The notes beneath the pieces were generated by a model that saw only the letters and a program-made list of their open reading frames with translations, had not been told where the DNA came from and did no database searches. Shown in pieces: positions 57,787 through 64,000 of a stretch of 64,000 bases of DNA. The stretch is taken from the NCBI GenBank assembly GCA_963693365.1, contig CAVNZM010000012.1, positions 372,001-436,000 on the forward strand, in the 5' to 3' direction. The position numbers were made by a program, and so were the translations under genes. The stretch is from Amoebidium appalachense (Eukaryota > Protista > Ichthyosporea). Numbering within the stretch: the first letter of the stretch is position 1; each line of letters begins with the position of its first letter.

Positions 57787-59932
57787 ATGTTGTCCAGAAT
57801 GATGCTCCAACAAGTATTTGTTGCGGGCACAGCCCACGTAAGGACAGCAGCTGTTGGAGCCGTCTTTGTGAAGGTGGGTTGAGCTGCTGTGTTGCTACAG
57901 TGAGAGCAGAGGGGTGGTTGTGTGTAGGTGGGGCGAGTATGGAGAGATTGTATGTGCTTGCTTGTTTGGGGGAGGGAAAGGGGGAAGAGGGGAGTGGGGG
58001 GGGGGGGGGGGGGGTGCTGAGGAAGGGGAGAAGGAGAGTGCTTGGAGAGAGATGTTGGAACCTGGAAAAGGGAGGAGGAGAAGGGGAGTGATTGTATGTG
58101 CTTGCTTGTTTGGGGGAGGGAAAGGGGGAAGGGGGAGTGTGTGTGTGCGTGGGGGGGGGGGGGGGGGGGGGGGTGCTGAGGAAGGGGAGAAGGAAAGTGC
58201 TTGGAGAGAGGTTTTGGAACCTGGAAAAGGGAAGACCAGAATGGTGGAGTTGGATAGGGCTGGGGTTGAGTACGCTTTCGAGCAATGATATTGGAGTACT
58301 AGTATTAAGAGGTTTAATTGGTTTAACAGAAGGTTACGAGAGAAGGGGTAGATTTACCTGGCAACACGTCATGGTAGTGCTCGGAAAGAAGCTTGGGGGA
58401 GGGAGGGGTTTGGGGAAGTGAGAGAGAGAGTGTGTGTGTGGTTCCGAGCGGGGGGAGGGGGGGTGGGGAGGAGAGAGAGGGAGAGAGAGACAGTTAAGCT
58501 GATATCTCTGGTAGACGTGAAGCGTTAAGTCTGTTAGGTCCATAACATCTATAACCCTAGGGATAGCTTGCCTCTTTGCCTGCCCCCCCCCCCCCCTCCC
58601 CCCCCCTCCCCCCAGGGAAGTATCGACTTAGGTATCGACGGGGGAGCTTCCTAGAAGCCCCGTCTCCTGAGTTCCTATCTATATTTTTCTTGCTTCTGCT
58701 TACTGCTGCAACTTTAACCCCCGGCCTTTCCCACTGCCCTTGCCTGCATAAGCAACCCTGCTCGTCTCTGATCAAGACGGGTGACCTACTCATGTTCAAG
58801 TGAAACAGTATCTGAGTTGGGTTTCGTTAACGAGGGGAATAGGTCGAAACTCGGGTACTGTGGATGACGTGGGCCCCCCCTGAGGATGGGCTCTGCTTAT
58901 TATGCATACTCTTTATGTATGGCTTGCATTCTGCATCGTGTTATCCGTTTGTTCTTGTGTACTTCGTACTTTTTGACGCATTCAAAACCCCCCTCGCGCC
59001 CCGCCCGGTCGGCGTTGTTCTTCTACCCTCCTTTTGCAATGGCCACTGTCTCCTTTGACCCCCCCCCCCCCCCCCCCCCACCCACCACCCCTTCCCCGGC
59101 TCCGCCCTTTCCCCTGAACAAGAAAAAGTGCACCCTCCCCGCTCTCACGAGAAAAGCTGCAACCTCTACTAACCCCACCTCACGTCACACAGGCTCGCGG
59201 CTATGCTACAGCAACACCCAAAATCACCACACACTACACCAAGAACCCCCGTGACAAGGATCCACGATGGGAGGGGGTGGACATGGAACGATATGCCGAC
59301 GAGGCTGATGTTGTGATTGTCGGGGGTGGGCCTGCGGGCCTGTCTGCGGCTATTCGCATCAAGCAGCTGTGCCAGGCGCAGGAGAAGGAGGTGCGGGTGT
59401 GTGTTGTTGAGAAAGCAGTCGAGATTGGCATGCACACACTCTCGGGTGCAGTGCTTGAACCCTCGGCACTGAGTGAGCTGATTCCTGACTGGAAGGAGAG
59501 AGGGGCGCCCTTGAACACACCGGTCAAGGACGACCTGTTCACACTGCTGACCCCCAAGGCCCACATCCCCATTCCCCATCACTTCCTGCCGGCCTTCCCC
59601 CTGCACAACAATGGCAACTACATTGTGCGGCTGGGCAACTTTGTCAGGTGGCTGGGCCAGCAGGCAGAGGAGTTGGGTGTGGAGATCTACCCGGGCACAG
59701 CAGCCGCAGAGGTGTGTGGGTGTGTGTGTGTGTGTGTGCAAGGAGTGGGGAGGGGGTGGTGGTGGTGGTGGGTGGGGGGGGGGGGAGGAAGGGGAAGAGA
59801 ACGTCGGGAGGATGCTTTCGATTCACCATGTTAAGGACACTTACGTATTTGAAGCAGGAAGTGATGAGTGGCTGGTGGTGGTTGGTTGTGGTCGATGTGG
59901 TATGTGTGTAGGGGGTTAAAGGGTGGGTGTGT

Positions 59933-59978
<46 letters not shown>

Positions 59979-60189
59979 AGAAGGCAGGAGAGAGTGTGCA
60001 TGTAGGTTCAAGTGGAAACAGAAGTGCAATGTTCATGCACTGTCTGACGTGGGTGGTGTCGGCAGGTGCTGTACCACGAGGACGGCAGTGTCAAGGGTGT
60101 GGCCACGACCGACATGGGCATTGCAAAGGACGGCAGCCCCAAGGACTCCTTCCAGAGGGGCATGGAGCTGCACGCCAAGGTGTGTGTGT

Positions 60190-60220
<31 letters not shown>

Positions 60221-62008
60221 GGGAGGGAGGAGGGGGAGGGGGAGGGGGTGAAGGGGGGGAAAGGGGGGGGGGGGGGGGGGGGGAGTTGGGTCGTGGGAGT
60301 TGTGGGTGGATCGAGGGAGATGGTAGTGTCGGTAGGAGGGTGAGGGGGAGGGTTGCCGTTGGAGCTTCGATGCTGGGTGAATGAGAATTAAGCAGAGGCG
60401 GGTGTGTATGTGGTCGAGGCATGGGTGGGGAAGAGGGGGAGGGAGGGTTCTCCGGTGGGGGGGAAGGGGGGGAAGGGAGGGGTTAGCAAGCTGGGAAGGT
60501 GTTTGTTTGTCTTTGTTGTGGAAGGGGGGGGGGGGGGGGGGAGGGGGGAAGGACACACGGCACCTACATGTTGCTGGTGGTAGCATGGAGGGTGTTTGGA
60601 TACCTTGCCTGTCTGGGTGAGGGTTCTAATATGCTACGTGTTGTGCAGGTGACGATGTTTGCGGAGGGCTGCCACGGGCACCTGACCAAGGGCCTGTTCA
60701 AAGCCTTCAACCTGCGCGAGGGTGCTGCCCCCCAGACGTATGGTATCGGCATCAAGGAGCTGTGGGAGGTCGACCCCAAGAACCACCAGTATGCCAACCC
60801 CCCCCCCCCCCCTCCAACCACCACCCCTCGGGGATCCTTGCTCGTAAGAGCGATTGACACCTCTGTTTGCATGTCGTTCCCCTTTTCCATCGTCTTTCAC
60901 ACATTTAACTCAACTGTGTCCCATCGTGCCTGTATGCTTGAGACCCCCCCGCCCCCCTCCCCCCCTCCCCCGGCCCCCCTTGCTCAGCAGGTGTGGTAAC
61001 CAACGGCTTTGCCTGCACGTGCACAGCTCTGCATTGCTTCTTGAGTAGTGCACGAGAGTCATCGACGAGGGGAGGGGGATGGGGTTTGACGTAGAGATTC
61101 AGGGGGACCTAGTGATGAGAATGACTGGATGTAGCAATGTTGTGATCGAGGGACTGAACTGTGATGAAATGGGGAGGAGGGGAAGGGGAAACGATTTTGG
61201 GCTGGAATGATGTTATGTTTTCCCGGGGGGGGGAGGGAGGGAGGGAGAGGGCATGGTGGCTGGAAGGATGATATGAGGATGTGGGGTGTGACAGCTGACG
61301 GGGGTGGGGGCATGCAGGCCTGGGCGTGTTGAGCACACGGTTGGGTGGCCCATGGAGAAGACCACGTACGGAGGGTCTTTCATTTACCACCTGGACGAGG
61401 GCCCCTTGGTGGCCTGCGGGTTTGTGGTGGGCCTGGACTACAAGAACCCCTACCTGAGCCCCTTCAAGGAGTTCCAGCGCTGGAAGGTTAGAGCAACACA
61501 CAAGCCACATGGCTATACATACTGAGGACTGGTGGTCGGTTGTTATTCGTGAATGGTACTATGCTGAAACGTCTGCGTGGTGGTCGCTTTTTGTGTGTGT
61601 GTTTGGGGAGGGGTGTGTGTGGGGGGGGGGGGGGGGGGGGGGGGGGGGAATGAGAGCTCAAGGGTTTGCGGGTTGGTGTGTGTTGGAAAGGGGACTGACA
61701 GGGTTTGGCTGCAGACACACCCGCACATTGCCAAGCAGCTGGAGGGAGGCACCCGCATTGCCTACGGTGCAAGGGCCCTGAACGAGGGTGGCTACCAGGT
61801 AAGGAGAGGGGGGGAGGGGGGGGGGAGGTGGGGGATGGGCGATGAGTCAGGGGCTTGGGTAGGGGGATGGGCGGGGGGGGGGGGGGGGGGGAGGGGGATG
61901 GATGGCCTACTTAAGGATAGGCAGGTGGGATGGGAGGGTAAGCTGGATGGTATATGGGAACAGGGCGTTGTGTGTGGGTTGTTGAGGGTTGTGTATGTGT
62001 GTATTTAT

Positions 62009-62039
<31 letters not shown>

Positions 62040-62322
62040 AGGAGAAGGGGGAGGGAACGGAGGGTGGTTATGCTGTATGTGGAGTGGGGCTGGGGGACGA
62101 GGTGGGTTTGGGAATAGTGGGTTGTGGGGTTGCACTCTTCTTTTTTGGGGGGGGGTGTGGGGGAAGGGGGGGGGGGAGGAGGGAGGGGGCGGGGGAGAGA
62201 GATAGAGAGAGAGTGTGTGTGTGTGTCTGGGGACGTTTCACTTTGCATATGTGTGAAGGGGAAGTTTTGTTACACGAAGGGAAAGCAGGCACACCCCTCC
62301 TTTCTTTCTTTCCTTCTTTCTT

Positions 62323-62358
<36 letters not shown>

Positions 62359-63581
62359 TTGATTGAACATAACTCTATTTCAGAGCATTCCCAAGTGTGT
62401 GTTCCCCGGCGGTGCCCTCATCGGTTGTACGGCTGGCTTCCTCAACGTGCCCAAGATCAAGGGTAAGTCCCCCCAGCCATTCTTTCCTTAATATTTGCGT
62501 GTGGGATCTGCATAGTGATGGGGATAGATGTGTGCTTGTGGGATATACAGGGTGATGGGGATATATGGGTGTGCCTGTGGGATATGCATGGATGAGGATA
62601 TATGGGTGTGCCGGTGGGATATGCATATATGGGCATATGAGTGTGCCTGTGGGATATGCATAAACGGGGATATGTGGGTGGTGCCTGTGGGATACGCAGG
62701 ATGATAGAGATATATGGGTGTTTCTTTCCCGATATGCGGACCAGTGATATGATGAATGGATGTACACTGACTGTTTCCCGACTGCAGGCACGCACTTGGC
62801 CATGAAGACGGGTATGATTGCTGCCGAGTGTGCTTTCGACGCTATCACCAACGGCACAGACATCCATCTCGACTCCGGGTACGTGCCTTGCTTCCCTTGT
62901 ACAATGGAAGAAGACACCACACACCATGCACACACACCGGCATGCCACACAAACACATGTTCGACATCCAAGTCCTTGGATCTGATATGTCTGGTTGCTT
63001 TAGGTAGTTGCATGCCCACAGGCACATCCCCAATCTAATCAATGCAAGTGCCTGGCTGTTGTTGGACTTCCCCCCCCCCCCCCCCCCCCCTCCCCCTCCC
63101 CCCTCCCCCCTCTCCCCCCCGCCCCAATCAATTAGTGAATGGTGTGCTGAATGGAGGTAACCAGGGCTATTCAACTGGACTCTTACGATGAACGGCTCAA
63201 GAACTCCTCCGTCTACCAGGAACTCAAGGTGAACATGACCCCCTATTTTTTTACCAAGCATGCACATGTTCGTATCTCGCGTTGCGTTGCTATAGCTCTT
63301 TGAGAAGAAGGAAACACGGATGAATGCTCTCAACAATCGTACTGCGCTGTCATGATATTCTTTCTGACTTGGTGTTTGGCACAGGGCGTTCGCAATGTTC
63401 GGCCAGCGTTCAACACGCCCTTGGGTCTGTACGGTGGGCTACTCTACACTGGTGTTGTGCACTATCTGCTGAGGGGCAAGGAGCCCTGGACCCTGCAGCA
63501 CCACGGCCCTGACTCGGAGGCCCTGCTGCCCGCCAAGGAGTGCGCACCCATCGAGTATCCCAAGCCCGACAACAAGCTCAG
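57787..63581 (+). CDS. ETFDH: Electron transfer flavoprotein-ubiquinone oxidoreductase (ETF-QO), mitochondrial, 3'-partial
   Basis: Exons 57787-57873 ([12 protein letters not shown].., start inferred), 59193-59711 ([47 protein letters not shown]), 60066-60179, 60649-60788 ([20 protein letters not shown]), 61318-61486 ([25 protein letters not shown]), 61715-61798 ([12 protein letters not shown]), 62384-62462 ([21 protein letters not shown]), 62788-62878 (THLAMKTGM), 63165-63228, 63385-63581 ([12 protein letters not shown]). The Fe-S C-terminus lies beyond the window. Confidence 0.98.
57946..58232 (+). repeat. Tandem duplication, 2 x ~144 bp, in the first coding intron of ETFDH
   Basis: GATTGTATGTGCTTGCTTGTTTGGGGGAGGGAAAGGGGGAAG...GGAACCTGGAAAAGGGA starts at 57946 and 58090. 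Confidence 0.9.
58858..58987 (+). repeat. Dispersed ~130-bp repeat, copy B (ETFDH first coding intron)
   Basis: CTGTGGATGACG..CCCCCCCTGAGGATGGGCTCTGCTTATTATGCATACTC..GACGCATTCAAA; inverted match to 54279-54404. Confidence 0.92.
62520..62740 (+). repeat. Degenerate minisatellite in an ETFDH intron
   Basis: About five variants of (ATAT)GGGTGTGCCTGTGGGATATGCA spaced ~30-40 bp apart. Confidence 0.8.
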
Positions 63582-63693
63582 GTAGAAATTGGGTCCTGCA
63601 GATCGTCCTTGCATGTGGGGTGTGTGGGTGTTGTGGTGGTGTCGGGGGTTTGGGCTGGGCTTGGGCTTGGGGTGTGTGTTCGAAGGGGGAAGA

Positions 63694-63725
<32 letters not shown>

Positions 63726-64000
63726 TGTCAAAGAGAGTGAGTGAGAGAGATTGTGTTAAATGGAGGGGGGGGGGGGGGGGGGGGGGGTCGGTTACACGGT
63801 GTTTGCAGGCGCAAGCAGAACCATCTTTTTAATTTGAGGGCGGGAGGAAGGGGGAGGGGGGGGGGGGGGGGGACGGAGAAGTGTTGAGTTGTTTGTAGCC
63901 CGGGGGTTGCAGTGTAGAATGGCGTGTCTCCAAGTGTTATAGATGCTCTGTGTAGCAGATAGTAAGCATACTTGCACGGTGGGTGACTGGTGTGGAGACT

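Overview
Eukaryotic nuclear DNA with many GT-AG introns. The introns and spacers are filled with (CA/TG)n, (GA)n and poly-G/poly-C tracts, so most ORF-track entries are simple-repeat artefacts. A receptor tyrosine kinase with a non-animal domain layout suggests a unicellular holozoan (e.g. an ichthyosporean or choanoflagellate); this is an inference. Gene models were spliced by hand: the 3' part of a bacterial-type sphingomyelinase (EEP fold, +), a single-finger C2H2 protein (-), SH3YL1/Ysc84 (-), a receptor tyrosine kinase with a TSP1 repeat (+), a probable microprotein gene (+), and ETFA (-) arranged head-to-head with ETFDH (+, runs off the window). Non-autonomous elements with TIRs and TSDs are two PIF/Harbinger-like MITEs and one piggyBac-like MITE. 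There are also a foldback palindrome, a 5'-truncated non-LTR remnant and a possible solo LTR. The most notable observations are: (1) the divergent ETFA-ETFDH pair, two sequential partners of one electron-transfer pathway, bracketed by a near-identical ~130-bp inverted repeat in phase-0 introns of both genes; (2) the unusual RTK ectodomain; (3) introns that lack polypyrimidine tracts and contain mutually complementary simple repeats. No database searches were run, and exon boundaries next to homopolymers are uncertain.
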